Notes: generated from the sequence alone by a model not told the origin. A stretch of 64,000 nt of DNA from Chloroflexota bacterium (GCA_028873865.1 JAPPNI010000026.1:55180-119179); one strand, 5' to 3'. Positions 9,420 to 19,977 are shown, numbered from the stretch's first letter. A program made the numbers and translations.

Positions 9420-10340
9420 ATGACCAAGCCGCTGTCCAGAATCATCGAAGTTGCCGGACTCGAGGACGAGTCGACGCTGGTCGTTGCTCGATCCTCGGCC
9501 GAGCCGCCGGTCACGACAGGCGTGTTGCTCCTGCTAATCGACGACGAATCCGGCCTGCCCAACGCGGTCCGCCACTATCCGAGAGGACACCAGCTGCGGG
9601 TCGTGGACGAGCACGATGCAATCCACCAATCCACCGTTGATGAAATCCTGGCCGGCAACTGCTCTGGTATCACCGCGGTGATCCTTGATCCGATCGAACT
9701 GGCCGAGGTGCGAGACGCGCCGGACGGCGTGCGCGGCGTCATGGATCGCCTGCGCGACCCGGTCGACGGCTGTCCCTGGGACAACGCTCAGACCCACGAA
9801 AGCCTGCGGCCTCACCTGCTGGAGGAGACCTACGAAGTCCTTGAGGCCATCGCCGCAGGCGATCCGGCTGAACTCTGCGAGGAGCTCGGCGATCTGATGA
9901 TGCAGGTCGTGCTGCACGCCAAGCTGGCCGAGCAGGCCGGCGCCTTCACGCTTGACGACGTGTCCGAGAGCATTCGCGCCAAGCTGGTTCGTCGGCATCC
10001 CCACGTCTTCGGCGACGGCACGGCCAACACGCCGAAACTGGTCGAAGGCGCCTGGGAACGGCTCAAGGCGCGCGAACTCCCCAACCGGGAGTCGGTGTTG
10101 GACGGCGTGCCGAAGACATTGCCCGCTCTGGCCCGCGCCCAGTCGATCCTCGGCCGGGCCGAACGCAACGGATTCGCCCGCGATGCTGAGGATGCAGAAG
10201 AGCTCGGACAACGCCTGCTCAACCTCGTTGAGGAAGCGCGCGATGCTGATCTGTCTGCCGAAGACGCGCTCCGGGACGCCTTGATTGACTTCGAACGGGA
10301 TGTCCGACGGCGGGAAGCAGAGCAGCGCGCCGAGGCCTAG
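9420..10340 (+). CDS. mazG: MazG-family nucleoside triphosphate pyrophosphohydrolase
   Basis: GCPWD..QTHESLRPHLLEETYEV, EELGDL, KLVRRHPHVF. Confidence 0.88.
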   Translation: MTKPLSRIIEVAGLEDESTLVVARSSAEPPVTTGVLLLLIDDESGLPNAVRHYPRGHQLRVVDEHDAIHQSTVDEILAGNCSGITAVILDPIELAEVRDAPDGVRGVMDRLRDPVDGCPWDNAQTHESLRPHLLEETYEVLEAIAAGDPAELCEELGDLMMQVVLHAKLAEQAGAFTLDDVSESIRAKLVRRHPHVFGDGTANTPKLVEGAWERLKARELPNRESVLDGVPKTLPALARAQSILGRAERNGFARDAEDAEELGQRLLNLVEEARDADLSAEDALRDALIDFERDVRRREAEQRAEA

Positions 10341-12619
10341 GCGCGGGTGAGATTCGCCATCGAGGCGAGCAGTCGTTTGACCCCCGTTTCGGCGAAGCGA
10401 ACGGTCACCTCGGCGTCGCGACCGATCGCTCGCAACGAAATCACCACCCCGTGCCCGAAGACCTCGTGCGAGACCTCATCGCCTTCCTGCAGGCCCACGG
10501 TCGGCGCCGCGACGGGTTCAGGATCGAACGAGTCGAAGTCGTCCCAACGGACCGTCCGGTTGCGCGCCGGACGGACATCGGCGCCGACCTGCGCCTGTTG
10601 ACGCTGGTGGCGCTGGAGCAGTTCCTCCGGGATGTCCGCGAGGAATCGAGACGGTGGATTATGCCCCGAGCGCCCCTGATACGAACGTCGGAAGGCGTGC
10701 AGCAGGTGCAGCTCCCGCATCGCGCGGGTCATCCCGACGTAACACAGCCGTCGCTCTTCCTGCAGTTGGGCCGGATCGTCCATCGAGAGCTGGTGCGGAA
10801 GCAGGTACTCCTCCATGCCGACCATGAAGACGACGGGAAACTCCAACCCCTTGGCCTGGTGCAGTGTGATCAGAGTCACCGCATCGGGAGGACCGTCTGG
10901 CAGGTCGTCGACATCGGCGACTAACGCAACGTCTTCGAGGAACGCATCCAATGCGGCGCCAGGCGCAATCTCCGAGTAGTTCTCGGTGACCGTGATTAGC
11001 TCCTGGACGTTCTCCCAGCGGCTCTCCGCCTCGGTCTCGCTGTCGGCCTGTCTGACGAGCCATTCGCGGTAGCGGCTCTTGACCAGGATGGCGCGAAGCG
11101 CATCGCAGAGCGGTTCCTTTGACGCTTGCAGGCGGGCGTCCTCGATCAGCGAGGCGAAATCCCGGAGAGAACCCGCCGCTCGCCGCGAGACCGCCGGCGG
11201 ACTCAGGTACCCGCCCAGCGCGTCGTTGTCGAGCCCAGCCGCGGCCTGTGCCGCCTGGTACGGCGATCGGGCATGGGTCGATGCCCACTCGGTCAGCGTC
11301 TCGATCGTCTTGGCGCCGACGCCTCGCGTCGGGACATTGACTACCCGCGCAAACGCGACCGCGTCGGCCGGATTGCGCACCAGTCGCAGATAGGCCAGCA
11401 GGTCCCGCACCTCGCGGCGGTCATAGAATCGCGTCGCGCCGACCAGGCGGTAGGGAATTCCGTGCTGAACCAGCGATTCCTCAATCGCCCGCGACTGTGC
11501 ATTGGTGCGGTAGAGCACAGCGGCGTCGCCGGGCCTCAGCGAGCCCTCCCGCAATCCCCGTTCGACATGACCGGAGATGTATTCAGCTTCGTCCGACTCG
11601 CTGTACGCCTCATGCAGACGGGGGAGCGGGCCGTCATCGTTCTCAGTGACCAGCCGCCGCTTGATCCGCTCGGCCGCGCGATCGATCACGGCATTGGCGG
11701 CGTCGAGGATCTGCTGCGTTGACCGGTAGTTGTTGTTGAGCTGCACCTCGGCCGCATCGCGGTGGTCACGAACGAAGTAGTTCAGATTGCGGATGTCGGC
11801 GGAGCGCCAGGAATAGATCGACTGATCCGGATCGCCGACGACGGTCAGGTTTCCGCTGCTCGCCGACCAGGCCCGAGCCAACTGGTATTGAATCGTGGAT
11901 GTGTCCTGGAACTCATCGACCAACACGTGATCGAAACGATCCTCGTAGATTCGCCGCACGTCGTCGTCCTCGAACAGATCCAACGTCTTGAGTAGCAGGT
12001 CATCAAAGTCGAGCGCCGCCGCCGCGCTCAGCGACGCGTCGTAACGCTCCCACACTCGGCCGGCGATCTCGTCGAAGTACGAGCCGGTCGAGCTGCGGAA
12101 GTCGGAGAGCGATTCCCCTTCGGACTTCGCCCGAGAGATGCGGCTGAGCAGAGCTCGCGGAGCGTACTGTTTCGGATCGACCTGCAGGTCCTTGAGCGCG
12201 CTGCGCACGACCTGCATCTGGTCGTCGCTGTCGAAGATGACGAAGTTGCGCGGCACGCCGATCTCATGTCCGTGCGATCGCAGCATCCGCACGCAAATGC
12301 GGTGGAAGGTGCCCAACCAGACACGGTCACTGTCCTCGGCCCCGATCAGTGACTCGAGCCTGGAACGCATCTCCCGGGCGGCCCGGTTGGTGAAGGTCAC
12401 AGCGAGAATCCGCCAGGGCGGAGTCCCTTGCTCGATCAGCCAGCCAATGCGGTGCGTGATCACGCGCGTCTTGCCCGATCCCGGGCCTGCGATCACGAGC
12501 AGCGGACCATGAGGATGCGTCACAGCCTCGCGTTGCGCATCGTTGAGGTGGTCGAGGTCCAGCGAGAACGGCGGTGGCGCGGGGTTAGCCGGGGAGATTT
12601 CCGTCATCGCTGCGAGCAT
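10337..12619 (-). CDS. pcrA: ATP-dependent DNA helicase PcrA/UvrD
   Basis: AGPGSGKT, VDEFQDT, VGDPDQSIY, NYRST, TLHQAKGLEF, EERRLCYVGMTRA, C-terminal Tudor-like domain. Confidence 0.95.
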   Translation of the reverse strand: MLAAMTEISPANPAPPPFSLDLDHLNDAQREAVTHPHGPLLVIAGPGSGKTRVITHRIGWLIEQGTPPWRILAVTFTNRAAREMRSRLESLIGAEDSDRVWLGTFHRICVRMLRSHGHEIGVPRNFVIFDSDDQMQVVRSALKDLQVDPKQYAPRALLSRISRAKSEGESLSDFRSSTGSYFDEIAGRVWERYDASLSAAAALDFDDLLLKTLDLFEDDDVRRIYEDRFDHVLVDEFQDTSTIQYQLARAWSASSGNLTVVGDPDQSIYSWRSADIRNLNYFVRDHRDAAEVQLNNNYRSTQQILDAANAVIDRAAERIKRRLVTENDDGPLPRLHEAYSESDEAEYISGHVERGLREGSLRPGDAAVLYRTNAQSRAIEESLVQHGIPYRLVGATRFYDRREVRDLLAYLRLVRNPADAVAFARVVNVPTRGVGAKTIETLTEWASTHARSPYQAAQAAAGLDNDALGGYLSPPAVSRRAAGSLRDFASLIEDARLQASKEPLCDALRAILVKSRYREWLVRQADSETEAESRWENVQELITVTENYSEIAPGAALDAFLEDVALVADVDDLPDGPPDAVTLITLHQAKGLEFPVVFMVGMEEYLLPHQLSMDDPAQLQEERRLCYVGMTRAMRELHLLHAFRRSYQGRSGHNPPSRFLADIPEELLQRHQRQQAQVGADVRPARNRTVRWDDFDSFDPEPVAAPTVGLQEGDEVSHEVFGHGVVISLRAIGRDAEVTVRFAETGVKRLLASMANLTRA

Positions 12620-12671
12620 ACCGGCGGAATCGACCTATAGTGGCGACAGCGGGGTGCAGCAGAGGCGTTTC

Positions 12672-13277
12672 ATGCTCGACGGAGTCGGCATTTCCTGGCC
12701 CGGTGGTTCTCCCGAGAACACCGGCCTGATCCTCGCGTTGATCGTCGGCGCCTATTTCGTTGTGCTCTGGCTTTCGGCAGTCGTCTGGACCGCGAGGGAC
12801 ATTCACCAGCGTACGCCCGAGCCGATGGCCCAGTTGGTCTTTACCTTGATCGTTCTGATCTTCAACTTCCCCGGACTGGTCGTCTACCGGGTCCTGCGTC
12901 CTCCCTTGACATTGCAGGAAGCCGAGGAACACCGGCTTGAGTCCAGCGCCTTGATGCGCGAACTGGAGCAGGCGCCGCCCTGCCCGCGCTGCGGATACGA
13001 GATCGCCTCCGACTACCTGGCTTGCCCCAAGTGCGCGCTTCCGCTGCGCCTGTCCTGCGATCACTGCGAGCGAGTACTCAATCCGGACTGGCAGATCTGC
13101 CCCTGGTGCCGGAAGGCAATCGAAGCGGGTCAGGCCGCACCGACGGAACCGCCTGCTGGTCCGAGTGACGTGAGTCCGCCTGCGAATATCCTGACTGAGG
13201 CCAGGAGCCAACAGCCTCCGTCAACCTCGTCAGGTGCGTCTCATGTCCAGTCTTCGAGAATCCCGACTCTCGATTAA
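12672..13277 (+). CDS. Membrane protein with double zinc ribbon
   Basis: Two TM segments, then CPRC..CPKC..CDHC..CPWC. Confidence 0.8.
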   Translation: MLDGVGISWPGGSPENTGLILALIVGAYFVVLWLSAVVWTARDIHQRTPEPMAQLVFTLIVLIFNFPGLVVYRVLRPPLTLQEAEEHRLESSALMRELEQAPPCPRCGYEIASDYLACPKCALPLRLSCDHCERVLNPDWQICPWCRKAIEAGQAAPTEPPAGPSDVSPPANILTEARSQQPPSTSSGASHVQSSRIPTLD

Positions 13278-14085
13278 CGGCGTCGCCGGAATCGTCACCT
13301 CGGCGGGCGAATCGGATAGCGAAGAAGCGGTCGTCTGCCTGCACAGCGTGCCCGGATCGGGGCGCGACTTCCAGTGGCTCCTGCCCGAGACCGAGAAGAT
13401 CGTGCGCTCGGTCGCATTCGATCTGCCCGGGTTCGGACGTGCCGACAAGCCGCGCGACTTTCCATATTCGATTGAGGGCTACCAGCAGTGGCTGGCGCCG
13501 GCGATCGCGGAGCTCGGCGTCAGGCGGGTTCACCTGGTGTTGCACAGCTTTCACAGCCAGACGGGTCTGATGTGGGCGGCGATGAACCCCGACAAGTGCG
13601 CGTCGGTCACCCTGTTGGCCGGTGGTGTGTTGGAGGACTATCCCGGCAACTGGATCGCCAACCTGTGGAAGACCCCGATCGCCGGAGAGGTTTTGCAGGC
13701 GACTACTACTAGGCCGGTGTTCAAACTGGTCATGCAGCGAGGTAACTGGCGGGCGCTGCCGGGCGAGTGGCTGGACGACCTGATCACCGAGGACGATCGC
13801 GACACGCGCCGGGTCACGCTGCAGCTGTATCGGGCCACGAGTTTCGATGACGGTCACATCTTGCGGGAGGCGTTGACGCCGCGCAATTTACCGGCACTGG
13901 TGATCTGGGGCCGGAAGGATCCATTCATCAGCTGGCGGTACGCCGAGCGACAGCACGAGACGTTCGCCGATGCCGAGGTTCACGTCTGGGACGACTGCGG
14001 CCACCTCCCCCACGTCCAGCATCCGCAGCGGACGGCGGAGACGGTGGCCGCATTCCTGAAGACCGTGGTTGGTTCGGGCGGCTAG
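13243..14085 (+). CDS. Alpha/beta fold hydrolase
   Basis: FDLPGFGRADKP, LVIWGRKD, CGHLPH. Confidence 0.85.
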   Translation: MSSLRESRLSINGVAGIVTSAGESDSEEAVVCLHSVPGSGRDFQWLLPETEKIVRSVAFDLPGFGRADKPRDFPYSIEGYQQWLAPAIAELGVRRVHLVLHSFHSQTGLMWAAMNPDKCASVTLLAGGVLEDYPGNWIANLWKTPIAGEVLQATTTRPVFKLVMQRGNWRALPGEWLDDLITEDDRDTRRVTLQLYRATSFDDGHILREALTPRNLPALVIWGRKDPFISWRYAERQHETFADAEVHVWDDCGHLPHVQHPQRTAETVAAFLKTVVGSGG

Positions 14086-15422
14086 TCGCGCGCCCCCAAC
14101 TCGACAGCGAGGTTGGCCGTCTTCTTCATCTCTTCGAAGCGGGCGGCCTGTTCTCGGGCTCGCTTTTCGGCTTCCTCGTGGTGGTACTCCTCGCTCAGAC
14201 GGTTGTCCGCACTGGCGACGACATCGAATCCGTACGGGCCGTAGACCGGGATCTCATCGTCTGAGAGTTCGGCCATCATCTCGTTGCGCTCAGCCTTGCG
14301 CTTGAACGCCTCCTCGATGTACGGCGCGAGTTCTTCCTCCTTGCGGGCGACGCGTTCCGCCTCGAACTCCTTGAACTCGGGCATCACGTCGCGGGCGAAG
14401 GTCTCCAGCGATTCGCAGATGTGCTCGTGGCGGTTGTTGCCGGCCTGCTGGATGAAGACCGACTGGTCAACCCCACAATCGGCGAAGGTGCGCAGATGCT
14501 CGCGCAGCTCATCGGGGGTGCCGATGCCGCCCTCGCCGCCCTGTGACGGCCAGGTGTCGCGCAGCTGTTCCCAGGCCTTCCAGATGTTGGTCCGGCCGGG
14601 CTTGTGCATGCCGGCGGCGTAGTGGTGACCCAGCGCGAACTGGAAGAAGCGGAATCCGTCGCCGCCGCGAGCCTCGGCCTCGGCCGCGTCGGGATGGACC
14701 GAGAACGACGAGACCATGGCGATGTTGGCGTTGACGGAATGGCCGATCGGCACACACTCGGTCTTAATCGTCTCGTAGTAGTCGTTGACCCAGTGCTCGG
14801 CCTCGGCCGGGTCGATGAAGGCAAAGGTCAGCGCACCGATGCCGAGCTTGGCCGCGAGGTGGATGGTGTCGCGGTTCGAGCAGGCGACCCAGAGCGGTGG
14901 GTGCGGCTTCTGGACCGGCTTGGGCACCACGTTGCGGGTGGGCATGGAGAAGTACTTGCCCTCGTAGCCCGGGTAGGGATTCATGGCCAGCATGTTGGCG
15001 ACCTGCTCGACGGTTTCAAGCCACATCGAGCGGCGTTCCTCGGGGTTGATCCGGTACCCCTCAAGCTCGGCCCGAGAGGCCGACTCACCGGTGCCGAAGT
15101 CGACGCGTCCGTTGGAGACGAGGTCGAGCGTAGCGATCCGCTCGGCGACTCGGGCCGGGTGGTTGTAGCCCGGCGGCATCAGGACGATCCCGTGGCCGAG
15201 TCGGATGTTCTTGGTGCGCTGTGAGGCGGCGGCGAGGAAGACCTCGGGCGCCGAAGAATGGGAATACTCCTCGAGGAAGTGATGCTCGACCTCCCAGGCA
15301 TGATCGATGCCCAGGTTGTCAGCGAGTTCGACCTGATCCAGGGCGTCCTGGAAGAGTTGCTGCTCCTGGCCCTCGCCCCAGGGCTTGGGCAGCTGGTGTT
15401 CGTAGAAGATTCCGAATTTCAT
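14082..15422 (-). CDS. LLM-class flavin-dependent oxidoreductase (luciferase-like)
   Basis: W.VEHHF, IRLGHG, ERIATLDLVSNGRVDFGTG, PKPVQKPHPP. Confidence 0.9.
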   Translation of the reverse strand: MKFGIFYEHQLPKPWGEGQEQQLFQDALDQVELADNLGIDHAWEVEHHFLEEYSHSSAPEVFLAAASQRTKNIRLGHGIVLMPPGYNHPARVAERIATLDLVSNGRVDFGTGESASRAELEGYRINPEERRSMWLETVEQVANMLAMNPYPGYEGKYFSMPTRNVVPKPVQKPHPPLWVACSNRDTIHLAAKLGIGALTFAFIDPAEAEHWVNDYYETIKTECVPIGHSVNANIAMVSSFSVHPDAAEAEARGGDGFRFFQFALGHHYAAGMHKPGRTNIWKAWEQLRDTWPSQGGEGGIGTPDELREHLRTFADCGVDQSVFIQQAGNNRHEHICESLETFARDVMPEFKEFEAERVARKEEELAPYIEEAFKRKAERNEMMAELSDDEIPVYGPYGFDVVASADNRLSEEYHHEEAEKRAREQAARFEEMKKTANLAVELGARD

Positions 15423-15455
15423 CTGCGGCTCCGTTTCCCCTGTACTCGCGTCAGT

Positions 15456-16136
15456 CTATGAGACGATCACGTACTCGCGCCCCTGCAGAATGATGGTGGC
15501 GCCAGCGTCGATCAGCGGCGGAAAAGGATCGCCCGTTTCGGTCGCTGGCAGCGGCCGTCCTGCGGCGGCCGCATCGCGGAACCAGAGCGAGGCGATGCCG
15601 TCCCACGGCCCGCCTTCGATGCCCTGATCAGCGTGCGAGACGGTGTACTGCGAGCATTGCCCCTCCGAGCGGGCGATCGCCTCGGCGACGCGGGGAGAGT
15701 GTCCGAAGCGCCAGGCCGAGAACAGGTCCTCACGCGAGACGCCTTCGCCGCGCTTGACGAAGGCGATCCACTTGATCGCGTTGTCTGCCGTCGGTTCGTC
15801 GACGTAGCAACGCTCGGTCGTGAACAGCCCGTCGGACTGCGGCTCGGTCAGCTCGGCGAAGCCGTCAATCGTGCGCAGCGCGCCCTTGCTCTCGTGGAAC
15901 GCCGCTGAGAAGTGGTCGAAGTCGCGGAAGGTGAGCTCGGCGACGCCGTCGTAGCGCATCTCATCGGCGGAGGGTCCTCCGCCCAGCGAGCCGGCGGAGT
16001 CAAAGAGGGTGACGCAGTAGCGCACGGGTTTGGCCAGGTTGGCGACGTGCGGTGCATGAATGCAGCGCCAGAACTCTCGGAACGACTCGCGTTCCACACC
16101 TTCTTTTCGGGTGACGGGGACGATCCATTTGAGCAT
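15456..16136 (-). CDS. Tandem EthD-domain protein
   Basis: Two repeats of R..GVsRE.F...W...H.P.V...(Y/W)DG.A.L.F. Confidence 0.75.
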   Translation of the reverse strand: MLKWIVPVTRKEGVERESFREFWRCIHAPHVANLAKPVRYCVTLFDSAGSLGGGPSADEMRYDGVAELTFRDFDHFSAAFHESKGALRTIDGFAELTEPQSDGLFTTERCYVDEPTADNAIKWIAFVKRGEGVSREDLFSAWRFGHSPRVAEAIARSEGQCSQYTVSHADQGIEGGPWDGIASLWFRDAAAAGRPLPATETGDPFPPLIDAGATIILQGREYVIVS

Positions 16137-16167
16137 GACGGGCTCGCTTCCATTGGAGACGCAGTGT

Positions 16168-17532
16168 TCAACTCTGGGCGGAGTCTAGGCGTTCGGCCAG
16201 CTCACGCGCGCGTTGAGCCTGCGCCCGAGCGATCTCACCGCAGGCTCCCGTGTAGGTTGCCGGGTTCAGCAGATCGTCGAGTTCTGCTTCGGACAGATAT
16301 CGACGAACCTCCTCGTCGGCCACGAGCAGGTCGCGGAACGGCACATCTTGCACCGCGGCGTCCTGGGCGTGTTCGTAGACGACATCGTGAGCTCGTTGCC
16401 GGCCCATCTTCTCGCCCAGGGCCAGCATGATTCGTTCGCTCATGATCAGACCGCCGGAAAGGTCGAGATTCGCTCGCATTCGTTCGGGTCGTACATCGAT
16501 GCCTTCGAACAGCAGGATCATGCGCGCGAGGATGTCTCCGACGAGCTCGATCGACCCTTGGACGACGCGCTCCACCATGACACTGGTCGAGCCGTCCGCC
16601 TCGTGTTCGGTGCGCATCGCGTCCAGAGCGAGTGGGAACAGGGTTGTGACCTGGGCTGCTGCGGCTCGGATGTCCTGCGAGAGCTTGGGGTTGCGCTTCT
16701 GCGGCATCGTGCTGCTGCCGACGGTGCCCGGCGGGACCGACTCCTCGATCTCACCGAACTCCGGTTTCATCAGCGTGTAGGTCTCGTCGGCGATTTTGCG
16801 GCAGGTGGCGGCGAGCATGGCGAGGATCGCGGCGTACTCGGCGTGGTGGTCGTGGCTGGTTCTTCCCGGCACCGGCATGGGCAGCAGGTCGAGATGCCTG
16901 GCCATGCCGGCTTGCACGTCGAGGCCCGGGGCGCCGAACGATGCCAGCGTGCCGGCGGCGCCTCCCAGCATGGCGACGAAGATGCGCGGCTCGGCATCGT
17001 GGAGCCGTTCGACGTGACGGCAGAGTTCATCGATCCAGGCTCCGACCTTGTAGCCGAAGGTCGCCGGCACCGCGTGTTGTCCGTGTGTCCGGCCGGCGCA
17101 TGGGTCGTCGGCGTGCCGCTCGGCGAGGGGCGCCAACAATGACAGCACCTGCCCAATCTGGGTGAGGATGGTCCGGTGCGCTTGCCGGAGCTGGAGGATG
17201 TCGCCGGTCTGGGTGATGTTCTGGGTCGTCGCGCCCCAGTGGACGAAGCCGCCGACTTCGCCGCCGAGGATGCGGTCCAGTTCCCAGATCAGCGGGACCA
17301 GCGGATGCGCCGTGACTGCCAGGCTGGCTTCGATGTTGTCGATGTCGAGCAGATCGAGGCGACAGTTGTTGGCGATCTCGACAGCGGCATCGGCGGGGAT
17401 CATGCCGAGTTCGGCTTCCGCTCGCGCGAGAGCGGCCTCGACATCGAGCCAGGCCTGCCAGCGAGCTTCGCGAGTGAACAGCTGACGGATTCCCGGATCC
17501 GGGACTCGGGCGGCGGTTGGTCGATGCTGCAT
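16168..17532 (-). CDS. Adenylosuccinate lyase / carboxymuconate cycloisomerase family protein
   Basis: HWGATTQNI, GRTHGQHA, GSSTMPQKRNP. Confidence 0.85.
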   Translation of the reverse strand: MQHRPTAARVPDPGIRQLFTREARWQAWLDVEAALARAEAELGMIPADAAVEIANNCRLDLLDIDNIEASLAVTAHPLVPLIWELDRILGGEVGGFVHWGATTQNITQTGDILQLRQAHRTILTQIGQVLSLLAPLAERHADDPCAGRTHGQHAVPATFGYKVGAWIDELCRHVERLHDAEPRIFVAMLGGAAGTLASFGAPGLDVQAGMARHLDLLPMPVPGRTSHDHHAEYAAILAMLAATCRKIADETYTLMKPEFGEIEESVPPGTVGSSTMPQKRNPKLSQDIRAAAAQVTTLFPLALDAMRTEHEADGSTSVMVERVVQGSIELVGDILARMILLFEGIDVRPERMRANLDLSGGLIMSERIMLALGEKMGRQRAHDVVYEHAQDAAVQDVPFRDLLVADEEVRRYLSEAELDDLLNPATYTGACGEIARAQAQRARELAERLDSAQS

Positions 17533-17592
17533 CGTCGGCTCCTTCTCGCTCGGCAGGTAGGATCGGACTGCAAGCTAGCGAAGGATCTGACT

Positions 17593-18807
17593 ATGGTTGC
17601 GCCGCTGGAGGGAATTCGTGTGGTCGAGGCGGCGAACTGGCTCGCCGCGCCATCGGCGGCGGCTTTGATGGCCGATCTGGGCGCGGACGTCGTCAAGATC
17701 GAGAATCCCGTCGGCGACGCCTGGCGCACGACCCTGATGCGCGGCCGCAAACCCGACTTCGATCCCGAGACCGATGTCGATGCGGCCTACGAGCTGGACA
17801 ATCGCGGTAAGCGCGGCGTGGCGCTGTCACTGGAGTCGCCGGGCGCCAGCGAGGTCGTCAAGCGGATGGTCGGCGAAGCGGACATCTTCATCACGAATCT
17901 CACCGCTCCGCGGATTGCCCGCTACGACCTGACGTGGGAGTCGCTGCAGGAGGTCAATCCCCGACTGATCTACGTCGTCCTGACCGGCTACGGCACGCGA
18001 GGTCCCGACAATGCGATGACGGCGTTCGACTACTCGGCGTTCTGGTCGCGCTCGGGAATCATGAGTCTGATTGGTGAACCGGACGGTCCGCCGATGCCTT
18101 GCCGGCCGGGTCAGGGCGACCATGCGACCGCGCTCAACCTGCTCTCGGGCGCGCTGGCCGCGTTGCGCTTGCGAGACATGACCGACGAAGGGCAGTTTGT
18201 CGAGGTCACCCTGCAGCGCACCGGCGCCTGGACCATCGGCGCCGACGTGTCGACTTCGCTGATCCTGGAAGATCAACCGCCGCGGATCGATCGTGTGCAG
18301 CCGGGCAATCCGATGTTCAACTCCTACGAGACGGCCGATGGGCGCTGGCTGATGCTCGTGATGCCGACAGGGGATCGCTACTGGATCCCGCTCTGCCGAG
18401 CTTTGAGTCAGCCGGCGTGGATGGAGGACGAACGATACTCCTCGCTCCTGGGCAGGATGGAGCACACGGCGGAGCTCACGGGCGCCATGCGCGAAGTGTT
18501 CCGGTCGAAGACCCTGGCCGAGTGGACGCCGCTGCTGAATGCGGAGGCGCTGACCTGGGCTCCGGTCGCGGAACTGCCCGAAGTCATCCACGACCCGCAG
18601 ATGGAGGCGATGAACGCCTGGACCGAGATTGATGGTCCAGAGGGACGTTTCCGGACGTTGAACACGCCATTCGAGATTGCGGGGGCGGATGTTGGTCCTC
18701 GCGGGCCGGCTCCGAAGACCGGACAGCACACCCACGAGGTCCTGCGGGAGCTTGGGCTGACGGACGATGAGCTGGCCGAACTGGCCGCCAGCGGAGCGCT
18801 TGGCTGA
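17593..18807 (+). CDS. Family III (CaiB/BaiF) CoA-transferase
   Basis: PLEGIRVVE, ADLGADVVKIE, NRGKR, AP..GQHT.EVL. Confidence 0.9.
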   Translation: MVAPLEGIRVVEAANWLAAPSAAALMADLGADVVKIENPVGDAWRTTLMRGRKPDFDPETDVDAAYELDNRGKRGVALSLESPGASEVVKRMVGEADIFITNLTAPRIARYDLTWESLQEVNPRLIYVVLTGYGTRGPDNAMTAFDYSAFWSRSGIMSLIGEPDGPPMPCRPGQGDHATALNLLSGALAALRLRDMTDEGQFVEVTLQRTGAWTIGADVSTSLILEDQPPRIDRVQPGNPMFNSYETADGRWLMLVMPTGDRYWIPLCRALSQPAWMEDERYSSLLGRMEHTAELTGAMREVFRSKTLAEWTPLLNAEALTWAPVAELPEVIHDPQMEAMNAWTEIDGPEGRFRTLNTPFEIAGADVGPRGPAPKTGQHTHEVLRELGLTDDELAELAASGALG

Positions 18808-18828
18808 GTCTGGGCCGGACGGTGGATC

Positions 18829-19977
18829 GTGAGTGAAGAGCTCGACCTCATCGTGAATGCGGTTCGCCGCTTCGTCCGACATGAGATCTGGCTGCAGGAG
18901 AAGCGGGTTGAGCCGAACGCACCCGGGTTGCCTACCGACGTTCACCAGCGGTTGCTCACGCGCGCCGGCGAGCTGGGCATTGACCATCTGATGGCGCCGT
19001 CCGGCTCTGGCGTTGGGCCAGAGGTCGACCTGCCGGACTCGGACCGGCTGCGGATCGCGGAAGAGTTGTCGCAGCATCGGGCTGGAGTATTGAACGCCGC
19101 CTACGGTTTGTTCGACCCCGATCCCCCGGCTCAGCTGTATGGCGCTACCGCCGAGCAGCGTGAACGATTTCTGGCGCCGCTGCTTCGGCGCGAGGCTGCG
19201 TGCTTCCGCGGCCTTGAGGATCCGGATCTGTCCGTGCTTCCGGTCGATGGCGTTCGTATTCGCGCGCAGCGGCATCCTCAGGGCTGGATGCTCGATGGTA
19301 CGAAGCTGTTCGTCTCCGACGCCTCCGACGCGGCGTTTGGGATCGTGTATGCGAACAGCGAAGAGGTTCCCGGCGAGCGGCACGGCGTCTCGGCGATCGT
19401 GGTCGAGACGGATCGGGTGGGTTTCCAGCACTGGCGTCCCTGGCCGACGATCGCCGTTGGCCGGGACACGATGGAACTCAACCTGTCGGCGGTGAAGGTG
19501 CCGGAGGTGAATCTGCTGGGTGAGGTGGGCGAGGGTCCGGCGTTCGCCAACGACCTGGTTCTGCGCAGACGGCTGTTCACGGCCGCTCACCTGACCGGCG
19601 TGGCCTCGGCGGCGCAGGACATGTGCCGCGGCGTCGTCTGGTCGCGGCGCGAGCATGGCGCACCCCTGGCCCAGGGCGAGCGGGCGCGGCTGGCGCTGGC
19701 CGATAATGAGGTTTCCGTGAGCGCTTCACGTGCGCTCTATCAGTCTGCATCGGATCGGCTGGACGAGCTGGCGCTGGCGGCGACTTCGTTTGCGTGCGAG
19801 GTTGGATTGGCTGTGGTTGACCGGGCGATGGATCTGCATGGTCCGGCGGGGGGCTCGGCCGACCTGCCTCTGGAGCGCTGGGCTCGGGAGCTGCGCTGGC
19901 AGCGGTTGAGTTCGGGCGGCGTCGATCAGCAGCGATTGGCGATTGCCCAACGGTTGATCAGCACCTTCAAGAAGTGA
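18829..19977 (+). CDS. Divergent acyl-CoA dehydrogenase-like protein
   Basis: W.LDGTKLFVS and VVDRAMDLHGPAG.S.DLPLERW motifs; canonical TEP..GSD absent. Confidence 0.7.
   Translation: MSEELDLIVNAVRRFVRHEIWLQEKRVEPNAPGLPTDVHQRLLTRAGELGIDHLMAPSGSGVGPEVDLPDSDRLRIAEELSQHRAGVLNAAYGLFDPDPPAQLYGATAEQRERFLAPLLRREAACFRGLEDPDLSVLPVDGVRIRAQRHPQGWMLDGTKLFVSDASDAAFGIVYANSEEVPGERHGVSAIVVETDRVGFQHWRPWPTIAVGRDTMELNLSAVKVPEVNLLGEVGEGPAFANDLVLRRRLFTAAHLTGVASAAQDMCRGVVWSRREHGAPLAQGERARLALADNEVSVSASRALYQSASDRLDELALAATSFACEVGLAVVDRAMDLHGPAGGSADLPLERWARELRWQRLSSGGVDQQRLAIAQRLISTFKK

Noticed and set aside
17827-19656. Long antisense ORFs (609 aa here; also 31903..33453, 28940..30412, 54966..56717, 39896..41317)
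   Set aside because: Shadow frames of well-supported genes on the opposite strand; expected at high GC and carry no motifs.
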